Origin: Gekko japonicus
Taxonomy: Eukaryota
NCBI RefSeq assembly: GCF_001447785.1
Contig: NW_015165831.1
Location: 1,800,411 to 1,864,410, forward strand
Reading direction: 5' to 3'
DNA: 64,000 nt
The first letter of the stretch is position 1. Every line of letters starts with the position of its first letter. Below the pieces are notes generated by a model. It searched no databases and was not told where the DNA came from. It worked only from the letters and a program-made list of their open reading frames with translations. Shown piece after piece: positions 51,276-64,000 of this stretch. The translations under genes were made by a program, and so were the position numbers.

Positions 51276-51833
51276 GCCTGCCAGGAGGGGAAATAGTGGG
51301 CATGAGTGGAAAATCTCTTTGCAGAAGCTGTATTAAGCAATGGGAGCAAAACCGGGGATCATCTCTGTATGGAAGCAGCCTTGGAAATGGTGGGAAAATG
51401 CCAGGGTGCAGTCTCCTCTGGTGATACGGATTCCTGTTGCGGTGCCCACTTAGGAGGGCCCGTGGCTCAGTGGTAGAGCATCTGCTTGACATGCAGAAGG
51501 TCCCAGGTTCATTCTCTGACCAGGCAGTAGGTGATGTGAAAGACCTCAGCCTGCCAGGAGGGGAAATAGTGGGCATGAGTGAAAAATCTCTTCGCAGAAG
51601 CTGCATTAAGCAATGGGAGCAAAACGGGGAATCACCTCTGTATGGAAGCAGCCTTGGAAATGGTGGGAAAACGCCAGGGAATTGGATGCAGTCTCCTCTG
51701 GTGATACGGATTCCTGTTGCGGTGCCCACTTAGGAGGGCCCGTGACTCCGTGGTAGAGCATCTGCTTGGCATGCAGAAGGTCCCAGGTTCATTCTCTGAC
51801 CAGGCAGTAGGTGATGTGAAAGACCTCAGCCTG
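51276..51833. repeat. Tandem duplication of about 275 bp in TSACC last intron
   Basis: GCCTGCCAGGAGGGG...GAAAGACCTCA occurs twice; includes a SINE head. Confidence 0.9.
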
Positions 51834-51900
51834 AGACCCTGGAGAGCCGCTGACAGTCTTACTAGACAACACTGACCTTGATAGACCAATTATCTGTTTC
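51731..51900 (+). mobile_element. Squam2-like tRNA-derived SINE (other copies near 20240-20455, 25500-25690, 43850-43990 on -, and 51452, 52155 on +)
   Basis: GTGGTAGAGCATCTGCTTGGCATGCAGAAGGTCCCAGGTTCA head with A/B boxes; family name from recall. Confidence 0.65.
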
Positions 51901-52450
51901 ATGTGTGAGCTAGTGTGGTGTAGTGGTTAAAGAGTGGCAGACTCTAATCTGGAGAGCCAGGCTGGATTCCACACCTCCTCCTCCATGTGAAGCCTGCAGG
52001 GTGACCTTGGGCTAGTCACAGTTCTCTCAGAACTCTCTCAGCCCCACCGATCTCCCAAGATGCCTGTTGGGAAGGCGATTGTAAGCTGCTTCAATGCTCT
52101 TTAAGGTAGAGGAAAGCAAGGTATAGAAGCCTACTCTTCTTCTTCATTAGTTTAGGGAGTATGGCCCCCTAAAGAGTGTCCACATTGCATGCAGGAAGTC
52201 CCAGGTTCAATCCCCAATACCTCCAGTTAAAAGGATCGGCGTGTAGGTGATGGGAAAGACCACAGCCTTGACAGCCTGCAGAGTTACTGCCAGTCTAAGT
52301 GGAAAATATTGACTTTGTTGGTTCAAGAGTCTGATTCAATATAAAACAGCTTCATGTGTGTTCAGAGTCTGAGGGAGGGGCGAGGGTATAGATTCATGAA
52401 AGCAAAACCCAGCAAGCCAACACATGCGCGTATCTCCTTTCCTTCCCCAG

Positions 52451-52677
52451 CACCTGAACATCAGCCCCAGGAGTGCTTTGGCCTCTTTGAGTGCATCCAC
52501 AACAATATCCAGGTGCAAACGCAGATTGCACAGGCACAACTGTCACTCCTGGAGGACATGCGAGAGACCATGAATGTCCTCCTCTCCCGGCAGGAGCGGC
52601 AAAGCCACGAGTCCGCAGGGCAGTCAGAGCAGCGCGCCCAGAAGGGGTCAGTCTCCTCGCCCCGTCCCCTCAGCTAA
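52451..52677 (+). CDS. TSACC: TSACC-like last exon (PEHQPQECFGLFECIHNNIQVQTQIAQAQLSLLEDM...PRPLS*)
   Basis: Resembles human [32 protein letters not shown]; strong acceptor, phase 1; three exons total 432 nt; AATAAA at 52851-52856; head-to-head with CCT3. Confidence 0.88.
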
Positions 52678-53067
52678 CAGCATGCACCAGTGACCTCCTT
52701 CCAACCCAAAAGCCCTCGCCATCTGCCCAGAGCAACTGTGACTCCATAGCACATTCCGTGACAACGCACGTTCTTTGTATATTACTTAACGCTGCAGAAT
52801 TGGGATCACTCTACCAGCCAGGAATGCTTTGGGATGCCGAACAAGATGGAAATAAAAAATAATTATACATTCTGCAGTGTGATTCCCTTCTCCCTTTTGC
52901 ACGATAGGGAACTGAATAAATATATGGAGCAGAGGTCCATCAGTGGCTCTTAGCCACAAAGTGTAGATGGAACACTCTTTNNNNNNNNNNNNNNNNNNNN
53001 NGGGGTGGGGGGGGGGGTGGAACAGTGGGTGGGCTTCTGGAGGTCTGGCCCCGCTGGTGGACCTCCT

Positions 53068-53349
53068 GAGCCAGTTTGGTGTAGTGGTTAAGTGCGCGGA
53101 CTCTAATCTGGGAGAAGCGGGTTTGATTCCCCACTCCTCCACTTGCACCTGCTGATGTGACCTTGGGTCAGTCACAAGCTCTGGCACAGCTGTCCTTGAA
53201 AAAGAGCAGTTTGTGGCAGAGTTCTCTCAGCCCCACCCACCTCACAGGGTGTCTGTTGTGGGGAGGGGGAGGGAAAGGAGTTTGTAAGCCACTCTGAGAC
53301 TCCAAGTGAAGGGCGGGGTATAAATCCAATCTCTTCTTCTTCTTCTTCT
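53068..53349 (+). mobile_element. Squam3-like SINE inserted in a LINE 3' fragment
   Basis: Same head and (TTC)n tail. Confidence 0.8.
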
Positions 53350-54986
53350 GATGGCACCTGGGTTTTGGCTACTATGTGACACAGATGGGCCATTGGCCTG
53401 ATCCAACACTGGCTTTCCTTATATTCTTAATCCATTATGTGGAACATCGCAGAAGTGGGGGGAAACATCCAAAGAGGTCTTTCAGTCAATCCTACTTGCC
53501 TAACGTGACATTCATTCTATTCTACAGCTTTTCTAACAGGCTAAGTCAGTTCTTACAACATCCCTAATTTTTGTTTAGCCTAACTACAGGCTCTGCGAGG
53601 TAAGCTAGGCAGTACAAAGGTGACCTTCCCAAGCATCTCTGGTGAGACCCAAGATGACCCAGGCTAGCCATCAGGTCTCAGAACCTCAGCAGAGTTGTCT
53701 CTGGTTAGTACTTGGACGGGAGACCATCAAGGGTTGGTCAAGGGCTGCTACGCAGAGGCAGGCAATGGCAAAACTACCCTGGCCTTGAAGACCCTACTGT
53801 AACTTCATTGCACTTTCCACCACCATAATCTGGTGAGTCTTATGCCCGAGCACCAGTTTGAACTTGTGTCTTCTTTGTAAAACCACAACTGACTAGAAAT
53901 TCCTTTGTGTTCTTATACACATTCATGGAGAACAGAGCAATCAGTGGCTATTGGCCACAATGCCTGAATAGCGCATCTGTGTGTAGGGGCAAGTCCATCT
54001 CTGAAAACCAGGTGACAGGGACAGATTTGCACTGATTCAGCAGAAAAACTGGCCGTCCAAGGCAAGCGACAGCAGCAGGCCAAATTCCCTTTTCTACACA
54101 AGCCCTACTTTTTTCAGTTTTATAACCATAATGGAAGACATGAAGTATGGCTAACACAACTTTAGGGTACCGGGGTAAAGGCAAGGCCTGAGATCCATCT
54201 GAGATAGGGTTGCCAACTCTGGGTTACGAAATTCCTGGAGATTTTGTGGGTGGAGTCTGAGGGCAAGGTTTTGAGGAGGGGAGGGACCTAAGTGGGCTCT
54301 AATGCCCTTGAATCTCCCTTCAAAAGCATCCACTTTGTCCAGGGGAAACGATCTCAGTAGCCTGGAGAGCAGTTGTAATTCCAGAAGATCTCCAGCCACC
54401 ACCTGGAGGCTGGCAACCCTAAATTCCAAGATCACCTGTTCTCTTGTTTCCATCTCAACTATTTAGATCAACCAAACAAACCTTCTTGACAGGACCAGCA
54501 GCATGCCATGTTCAGATAGTGCCTAGAGAGACATTCTTCGATTGTTGACCCACGGCTTGGAGACTCTGTTCCTCTTATGGTTGCCAGATCCAGGTTGGGA
54601 AATTCCTGGAGATTTGGGGATGAAGTCTGGGGAGGACAGGGACCTCAGCAGGGTACAGTGCCACAGAGTCCACCCTCCAAAGCATCCGTCCTCTCCAGGG
54701 GAACAGATCTCTGTAGTCTGGTGATGAGTTGTAATTCTGGGGGACCCCCATGTCCCACCTGGAGGCTGGCCTCCCTACTTCCTCTGGAAGTCCATACAAT
54801 CTTGAGTCTGTCTACTTCCCTGAAGGGCTATCCTTGGGCCTGGCATACAGCAGCCAGGATTAAGCACAAAGGGCTATAATTGCAGAGAAGCTAATTGGGG
54901 GGGGGACCCTAAATTGGGTGGTGGAAAGGCCACTTTAAAATGTTTTAAATAAATAAAACAATAAAAAAATAGCTTATTAGGACCAG

Positions 54987-55226
54987 TAGGGTCACCCTAT
55001 TTTGAAAAGAAAAAGAAAAAAAGGACATACTTCCCGATTGCAAGTTATCACTTTGACAAATCTCATTTTAAATACTCCTACTATTTAAGCTGTGATAATT
55101 GCTACTAACTAGGAGTATTGCTGATCTTCCAGCCCCCAAAGAAGACATTTTCAAAGAAACCAAACAGGGCAGACACCCAAAAAAAGGAGAATATGTCCAC
55201 TAAAAAGAGGAGAGCTGGTAACCCTA
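54987..55226. mobile_element. hAT-type MITE
   Basis: TIRs TAGGGTCACC / GGTAACCCTA; TSD AGGACCAG / AGGTCCAG. Confidence 0.72.
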
Positions 55227-55444
55227 AGGTCCAGTCATAAAATAATATGCAAATATATACTGAGAGATTCACCCGATCTCAGCCCTGGAACCTTCTTGGA
55301 ATACTGGCCTTTCCTGCCCTCAAATATACCAAATGAATGATTATGAAAAATATGAGTATCACGTGCAATGCAGAATGCATCTCCTGTGAAGATCTCACCT
55401 CCACCTCCTCTAGTCTTCAGACATGTATGCCTGGGGTAAAGGTA

Positions 55445-55575
55445 GATTCAGATCGGTAGCCACGTTGGTCAGAAGCAGCAGAACAAAGTTTGGATCCAGT
55501 GGTGGCGCCTTTAAGACCAACAAAGTTTTATTCAAAGTGTAAGCTTTCGTGTGCAAAACACACTTCTTCAAACAA
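55445..55575 (-). mobile_element. Penelope-like terminal repeat (second family) with degenerate hammerhead core
   Basis: Minus strand TTGAAGA-A-GTGTG-TTTTG-CACAC-GAAA-GCTTA; related pieces near 2440, 4981, 8919, 23281, 36820. Confidence 0.65.
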
Positions 55576-56029
55576 AACTGGAATAAGATCTCAAAAGCTA
55601 GTTACAGGAGAAAAAGAGGGTGGGGGGTAAGCCGTTAGGAGAGGCCACTCAGAGCCCAGATGCCTAAGTAGAGTTGAAACTGGAAAGGGTGGCCGGTAGG
55701 ATAAATGGACGGCAGCAAATGAGCACGTAAATGCAAGAGTTAAAGAGAGATGGGAGAATGAAATTGGGTAAAGGTAAACCTGGTTGCGTAGCTTGTAGAA
55801 GGTTGCGCCTGACAGCAGTTCTCTTGGGAGCAAGCGGAATAACTTGTCGCAGAAGACCACTTTAATAAGTCACCCAACCTTTGAGTTTGTCCGATCAAAA
55901 TATTGCGCCGCTGCACCTTTTAGATCCCCCCCCCCGGTAGCCTACATTTGTCTTAAGTTTTTAGGGAAACGGCACACTCTTGTGCTGAGGTTACGTTTTG
56001 CTAAGTCCCACTTATTACTACATTTCCCT

Positions 56030-56156
56030 GCAGGCTCTGCGGCAGCAGGCGGAAGCCACGCGACGTTTCGAGGGGCGGGGTTCCGGCGAGCTCGCTCGGC
56101 CCGACCGGGTAGTGCTGACGCTCTCTTCCGTTCTGTTGGCAGCGGCAGAAGCAAAG
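56030..56156 (+). promoter_or_regulatory. SSR2: SSR2 CpG-island promoter and probable non-coding exon 1
   Basis: CpG-rich; GC box and GCGGAAG ETS-like site; pyrimidine tract CTCTCTTCC near 56121; AAG|gtggga donor after 56156. Confidence 0.65.
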
Positions 56157-57452
56157 GTGGGAGAATCCAGTCTCTGGCATGGTTGAGGAAGAAAGTAGTT
56201 GGGAGGTTCGGGCAGAGGAAATGCAGAAGGTTCCGGGGGGAGGAGATTAATTTGTTTGTGGCATCTGGTAGAGAAAAGGGGGAAAGAGGCGATTGAATGG
56301 ACGATGCTGGCAGAGAGAAAATTGGGAGTCTTGACAGAGGAAGTGCAAACTTGGGAGTGGGAGGAAGATCTAGAAATGTAAGCAACCTATTGGGGGGGGG
56401 GGGGGTCCCCAAAAAATTAAAGGGGATATTTGGAATGAAGGACCGTGTAAAGACACATAAGGGGCGATTGTTGGGGGAGGAAAAAATGCCTCCCCCCATT
56501 CTTTGGGAGAAGACNNNNNNNNNNNGGAAAGAGTCTTGGGTTATTGAGGGAAGAAGACATAATTTTGGCTGAAGCAGCCTGGGTAGCCCGACTTACCCCA
56601 AGCTTGTTAGAGACTGGGATGCTAAGTAGGGTGGACCACAGTTAGTACTTGGATGGGGGACTACCAAAGAAGACTGGTGAAGGCAAAAGCAAATCACCTT
56701 TGCGCCTTTCTTGCATGGGATGCCCTGGGATTGAGGTCACCATGAATCAGTTGCGACGTGATAGCATGTTCTTTGCCCTGACTTGGCTGGCCCTATCTTG
56801 GCAGGTCTTGGAAGCTCAGCAGGGTCAGCCCTGGCAGATATTTGGATGGGAGGCAGCCTCTGGTTGCTCTGCAGAGGCAGGCGTTGGGAAGCCAGCTCTG
56901 TTCAGCCTTGGAAACCCTACAGGGTCGCCATAAGGCAACTGCAGCCTATTTCCACCATCAGGATATTTGAAGGGGGCGGCAAAGAAAAGGGAGAGATTAA
57001 GGCCGGGCTGTATTAATAGGGTTTTTTAAGATAATGGCATAAGTGGAGTTGGAAGAAGGATGTGAGTGGGGTTTCCTAGGACTTGGCTGCAGGTGAATGC
57101 ACCAAGTTGCCTCACAGTGAGTCAGAACCTTATGCTCTCAAGGTCAGCATTGTCTGCACTGACTGGCAGGGTTTCAGGCAGAGGTCTTTCATGTTGCCTA
57201 CTTCCTGGTCCTTTTAACTGGAGATTGAGCCTTCTTTCTGGAGGACAAAGTGGGTTGCTGAGAGAGCAGTTATTGGGGTTTGGAAAGACTGGACCCCTGT
57301 AGTAGGGAAGCCCAGGCTGACATAGTACCTAATTGTAATGGTGTACTGCTTCCTGCCCAATTCACTGGGAGGTTCTTCTGCACAAGAGTCACTGAAATGA
57401 ATGGGAGTTACCCTGAAATACTCTCTTCCATCCATTTGGTGGACCTTATATT

Positions 57453-58341
57453 GGCTGCGGTCACACAGAGCATTAGCCATGCTACAGAGACGGAAGATAG
57501 GTGGATTTTCTGGGCGTGATCACACCGCAACATCTGGGAAGCGTAGAGCTCCCGTGGCGAACCCGAGGCTTCCCGCCGAAGGTGCGGCTTAAAAAACCAG
57601 TACCTCCAAGGTACTAGTTTCCGGAAAATGCGGGGCAAGGGCGGGTGTCTGATTGCATTTCCGGTTCACACATTTTTGTCTCCGCTCAGGAAGGGATGTG
57701 GCAACAGAGCAAACTGATTGATGTAGCGGCCAAATGGCTTGCTCACCACTTTAATGCCAGGAGCTCACCGGATTTTTGCTCGCAAGACTCTGCAGCTTAG
57801 AGGGCGCATTGGTGGCCACCCTAGGACGGCCACGGCTTGGCACGACGACGCTCCCTCCCTCCCGCGGTGCATGGCTTACTTCTAAGGAGACCTGGTGGGG
57901 TTTCCAGCTGCTGCACCACTTCTCCTGGCTGTTGCTTATCCCTGTTCCCCATCCCTTATTCCCTGTTCCCCATCCCCCCTCCCCGGACATGCATGCGCGC
58001 GCGCAGAGCCCCTTCCTCTTTTCCGTACCCCCACACACACTCCTGGCTCGGCCTGCTCAAAAGGAACTCTCTGCACCAGGCAGCAGAGGGGGAGGTACAG
58101 GGGGGGCCTGGCGGGAGGGCGGCCCGGCTGAAGCTCCTTCTGGAGGGGACCGGACGGAGGACACAGTTTGCATTCCTCTGCAGCCCTGGAAGGGGTTAAA
58201 CCCTTGTGATTGGTACCTCACCCCTAACCACGGGACCTCCACGGGACGTCTGATTGCACAGCCGCGTGTTATTTTGCTCCGGGGCAAACAGCCACGCCCC
58301 CCACGCCCCCCCCGCAATTTCCGGCCCGTGTGACCGGAGCC
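57453..58341 (+). mobile_element. Longer copy of the same PIF/Harbinger-like element
   Basis: TIRs GGCTGCGGTCACAC / GTGTGACCGGAGCC; shares both ends with 20793-21323, different middle. Confidence 0.72.
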
Positions 58342-59399
58342 ACAGGTGATCTTCTGGATGGACTGGGCCCTGTGGGTTGCATGTCTCCCATTCTGTTGCC
58401 CTTCATAGGACTGCAAATCAGGTGATTGAGACAGTCACCTCACCTGGCCTCCTGGTAAGCTTGGCTCTGTTGCAGAATAAGGTGGGCTTGGGGAGCTCAT
58501 GAGCCAATCTGAGGGCAAGAGACAGATTCTGGGCTTGGCCTGGAAAGCCCCCCTTGTCCCTCGAATGGGCCCCTAGTTTGCTTGCTCCCAGTTCTGAAGG
58601 CTTCTGATCCAGATGCTGGTCTGGGGTTCACTGTCGACTGATGTTCCTTTTTTCAGAATTTGAATCTGTGCATCAGAGTTGTGCCCGTTGTCCCCTATCA
58701 AGTCAAATTTATTGCTACAGTCAACGACCAGTGCACTCAATCATTTTACATAAAAATATTTGAATAATAAATATGAGATAAAACCAACAGTGGCGTACCT
58801 AAATTTTAAAAACTGTGGCTATAACATAGAGATAAAATAAGACAGCCATAAAATGTGTGTATCATTTAGATAAAAACTGAAAAATCTTAATTGCCATGCA
58901 TTTTACACTCCTTGTAAACCTGGGCACAAAACCTAGCCACCTGTTGTCCCCTGAAGTGGCTGGTCTCTTGTCAGTACTGCATGAATGTTGCTTCTGGGAT
59001 GTGATGTAAACTTTTTCCCTTCCAGCCCTTCTTGCTTCTGATAACAAGCATTGGATATTCTGGTTCACTTAAAATGGGTCATTACCCTCAAACAGCCTTT
59101 AAGCAACCTTTAGCCAGCTCTAAGGCCTGCTCATTTAGAGGTGAAGGGAGGGTTCTGGCCTACGTTAAGCAACTCTGAGTACAGAATGGGGTGGGATAGC
59201 TCCAGATTAACAGAGCAATCCTAAAAACACTTTCCTGGGTGGAAGCTCCACTGGACAGACCTGAGTAGGATTTAGAGTAGACCTGTTTAGGATTGCTCTC
59301 AATGTGTACTTTGAAGGGGGAAGCTATTTAACCCTGAGCTGAGCAAAGTTTTGATTAATCTTTTGGAGTCTTACTTTTATTTTGATTTTATAAGCTGCC

Positions 59400-59622
59400 T
59401 TGGCCCTGACCTGGGTGGCCCAGGCTAACCCAGTCTTGTCGCGTCTTGGAAGCTAAGCAGGGCTGGCCCTCGTGAGTATTTGGATGGGAGACCCATCAAG
59501 AGGCCCAGGGAGCTTCTATGCAGAGGCAGGCCATATGGCAGACCACTTCTGCTCATCTCTTGCCTTGAAAGCCCTATGGGGCCGCCATAAGTCAGCCGTG
59601 ACTCGATGGCACCTTCCACCAC
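59400..59622 (+). mobile_element. 5S rRNA-derived SINE, 5S-Sauria-like (other copies near 53650, 56577, 56775)
   Basis: TCTTGGAAGCTAAGCAGGG...AGTATTTGGATGGGAGAC resembles 5S boxes A and C, followed by a shared non-5S body. Confidence 0.75.
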
Positions 59623-59894
59623 AAGCTGCTTTGGGCGGGTTTCCTGGAAGAAAATAAATGTAATCCCCTCATGCCACAGCTCTCTGTTTTCTCAAAGTAT
59701 CCTTGCCTGCTGCTTTTCTTGCTGAGAATAAAAAGACAACAGGTCCCTTTTTCATTGATCTCTCAATGAGAAAAGCCACAAAGGGGAGGGAGGTGTTTTT
59801 TTTTAATGGACACGTGACTTTTCCCCAGGCCGCCCAACCCCCTTCCTGATGTGGAACCACAAGCATCTGCTTTATCTGACCAAGGAAAGCTTGC

Positions 59895-60132
59895 GTGTGT
59901 CAATCACTTCCAACTTATGGTGACCCTATGAATGAATGACTTCCACAATGTCCTGTAGTTAACAGCCTTGCTCAGGTCTTGCAAACTGAAGGCCGTGGCT
60001 TCCTTGAGTCAATCCATCTCCTGTTTGGTCCTCTTTTTTCCCTGCTGCCTTCAGCTTTTCCAAGCATCATTGTCCTTTCAAGTGACTTTTGTCTTCCCAT
60101 AATGTGACACGAGTACGGTAGCCTCAGTTTAG
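59895..60132 (-). mobile_element. RTE-clade LINE 3' fragment
   Basis: Minus strand reads approximately KLRLPYSCHIMGRQKSLERTMMLGKAEGSREKRGPNRRWID. Confidence 0.75.
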
Positions 60133-60159
60133 CCTGGGGAGGGGATAATGCAGACCTTT

Positions 60160-60453
60160 GAAGAAGAGGAAGGGAAGGAGGAGGAAATTGGATTTATACC
60201 CCGCCCTTCACTACCCAAGGGAGTCTCAGAGCAGCTTACAAACTCCTTTCCCTTCCCCTCTCCACAACAGACACCCTGTGAGGTAGGTGGGGCTGAGAGA
60301 GCTCTGACAGAAACTGCTCTTTTTCAAGAACAGCTGTACCAGAACCATGGCTTGCCCAAGGTCATCCAGCAGGTGCAAGTGGAGGAGTGGGGAATCAACC
60401 CTGGTTCTCCCAGATTAGAGTCCGTGCACTTGACCACTACACCAAACTGGCTC
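60160..60453 (-). mobile_element. Squam3-like SINE
   Basis: Same family; accounts for the N-terminal part of the 229-aa ORF at 60148. Confidence 0.8.
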
Positions 60454-60678
60454 TGTCCTAACAAATATGGCTGTATGAAATTGTGTGTGCTACAATGGTG
60501 CCACCACCTCTTCACTTCCCTTTGCAATCTGCATTGCTTTCCACCCACTATGAAGACTGCAGTGCTATCTTCTGTCTGTTCGCTTCCAGAGTCCTCCCTT
60601 TCCCCTCCCAGAGTCCATCCCTCTACGGTGCCTCCTGTGGGGAGCAAATGCATCAGACCTTCCCTTCTGTCTTGGCAG

Positions 60679-60833
60679 ATGAAGCTGTTGGTCCTGTCTG
60701 TGCTGGTCCTCTTTGCCTCCGTCCACTGTGAGGAGGGGGCCAGGCTCCTGGCCTCCAAGGCTCTGCTGAACAGATACGCTGTGGAAGGCCGGGACCTCAC
60801 TTTGCAGTACAACATCTACAACGTGGGTTCCAG
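60679..60833 (+). CDS. SSR2: SSR2 (TRAP-beta) first coding exon ([27 protein letters not shown]...YNIYNVGS)
   Basis: cag|ATG start, signal peptide, [33 protein letters not shown] typical of TRAP-beta; 155 nt. Confidence 0.97.
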
Positions 60834-61097
60834 GTAAATCCTGGGAAGGTGATAAGGGAGGGCTGGTGGTAAGAGCTGTTATAGGGCTTCAAGGCCCAGG
60901 TGAATGCCCACTGTCCGGGAAAGACCATTACAGCGGTTGAGTGGAAGGATATGGTGCACACTTCTCGTCTTCTTCCCCAAGGCCATCCTGGTGCAGTCTT
61001 ATAGGACAATCCAGTACAAAATTATCTGCATTCATTTGGATGGGAAAACAACATTAGGCCATGGAGGGGGGTGGGTGGCTTCTGGAGGTACGAGTGA

Positions 61098-63014
<1,917 letters not shown>

Positions 63015-63359
63015 TGATTCTAAGTAGTACTTGCTCCGGGGTTGACTTCAAGGCCCTAGCAAGACCTGCTGGGTCCATGTTCTTTTGGCTCCACACCCTG
63101 TTACTCAGGAGGATGGCTGCTGACCCACTCGTGCCACAAGTCTTATGTTTGGCTCTCACACTGTTCTTTTATGGAAAGCCAGAAGGAGCTCTCTGCCGGA
63201 AAGGCAGAGAAACCAGCTGGCTTCTCCTTCCTGGAGAAACTTGCCGCAGGAAAGGTGGTTTCTCTCCCGTGAGCTGGGTTTTTGCTGGGAAGTAATGTGG
63301 AAGTGCTCACTGGAGACAGAAAGGGATGGTTGCTCCTGCAAAAGACGGCTACCCCCTCA

Positions 63360-63639
63360 CCAGTTTGGTGTAGTGGTTAGGAGTGCGGATTCTAATCTGG
63401 GAGGACCGGGTTTGATTCCCCACGCTTCCACATTCAGCTGCTGGTATGACCTTGGGTCAGTTACAAGTTCTTTCAGAGCTGTTCTCTCACAAGCAGTTCT
63501 GGAAAGAGCTCTCTCAGCCCCACCTACCCTCACAGGGTGTCTGTTGTGGGGAGGGGAAAGGAAAGGAGATTGTAAGCCGCTCTGAGACTCCTTCGGGTAG
63601 TGAAGGGCGGGGTATAAATCGAAGCTCTTCTTCTTCTTC
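63360..63639 (+). mobile_element. Squam3-like SINE (further partial or older copies near 5874, 42320, 43100, 45790, 51905)
   Basis: Same head and tail motifs. Confidence 0.8.
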
Positions 63640-64000
63640 ACCAAAAGGAGGTGCCCTGCACTAGTATTCCTCCATGCTCTTGGGGGGGGGGGAAGCCTTT
63701 TCCTTTCTGTCCTTGAGGAGTTAGAGTCAGGAGTAAATGGCTGGCCCTTGTGATGTCTGGTGGGGCCTTACCTAGCTTATAGGGAGACCTTTGCCCCAAA
63801 GCTGGGGTCAGTTTGGGTGGAATAAAGAAATCATTCACAGACGTGCTTTCCTCCATGAAAGCCAGCTTGGTAGGGGGGCGGTATATCTTGCCCCAGCTGT
63901 GGCAGCTCCTAGAAATGTGCTAGATTTTGAGTTTTGATTGCTGGGATCTCCTGGTGTTGCTGAGCCAGCTGGAGGTGGGCGGAGGCCAACCAACAAGCTG

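Noticed and set aside
51452-51520. tRNA genes
   Set aside because: A/B-box heads of SINEs with no complete cloverleaf; repeated with SINE bodies across the window
55844-56499. 150-aa and 185-aa ORFs over the SSR2 promoter
   Set aside because: Non-ATG or low-complexity frames typical of GC-rich, purine-skewed promoter DNA; no recognisable protein
56577-56960. 5S rRNA genes
   Set aside because: Partial, diverged 5S similarity joined to a shared SINE body; these are 5S-derived SINEs
57776-58333. 185-aa ORF as a possible transposase
   Set aside because: Pro/Gly-rich chance frame inside a GC-rich MITE, no DDE or Myb-like motif
60148-60678. N-terminal extension of SSR2 in the 229-aa ORF
   Set aside because: Made of an antisense Squam3-like SINE and intron; the true start is cag|ATG at 60679, which gives a signal peptide

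Overview
Vertebrate genomic DNA, almost certainly a squamate and most likely a gecko (dense Squam3-like, Sauria and 5S-Sauria SINEs, BovB, CR1, Penelope ends), with five N gaps. Four intron-containing genes can be assembled with consistent splice phases: the first three exons of GLMP (- strand, running off the left edge), a complete 14-exon CCT3 (- strand, 1638 nt = 545 aa + stop), a TSACC-like gene head-to-head with CCT3 (+ strand, about 143 aa), and exons 1-4 of SSR2 (+ strand, running off the right edge) with a U12-type intron 3. Most of the rest is transposable-element debris, some of it nested and some with intact target-site duplications (TSDs). Points most worth follow-up: (1) TSACC lies next to the 5' end of SSR2, which differs from human gene order as I recall it and fits one inversion; (2) a candidate decayed multi-exon gene or spliced lncRNA between CCT3 and GLMP that I cannot identify; (3) a ~715-bp tandem duplication filling the SSR2 minor intron; (4) degenerate Penelope-type hammerhead ribozyme remnants and a 140-bp palindrome. 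I see no convincing wholly new biological system; gene and repeat names come from recognition, not database searches.
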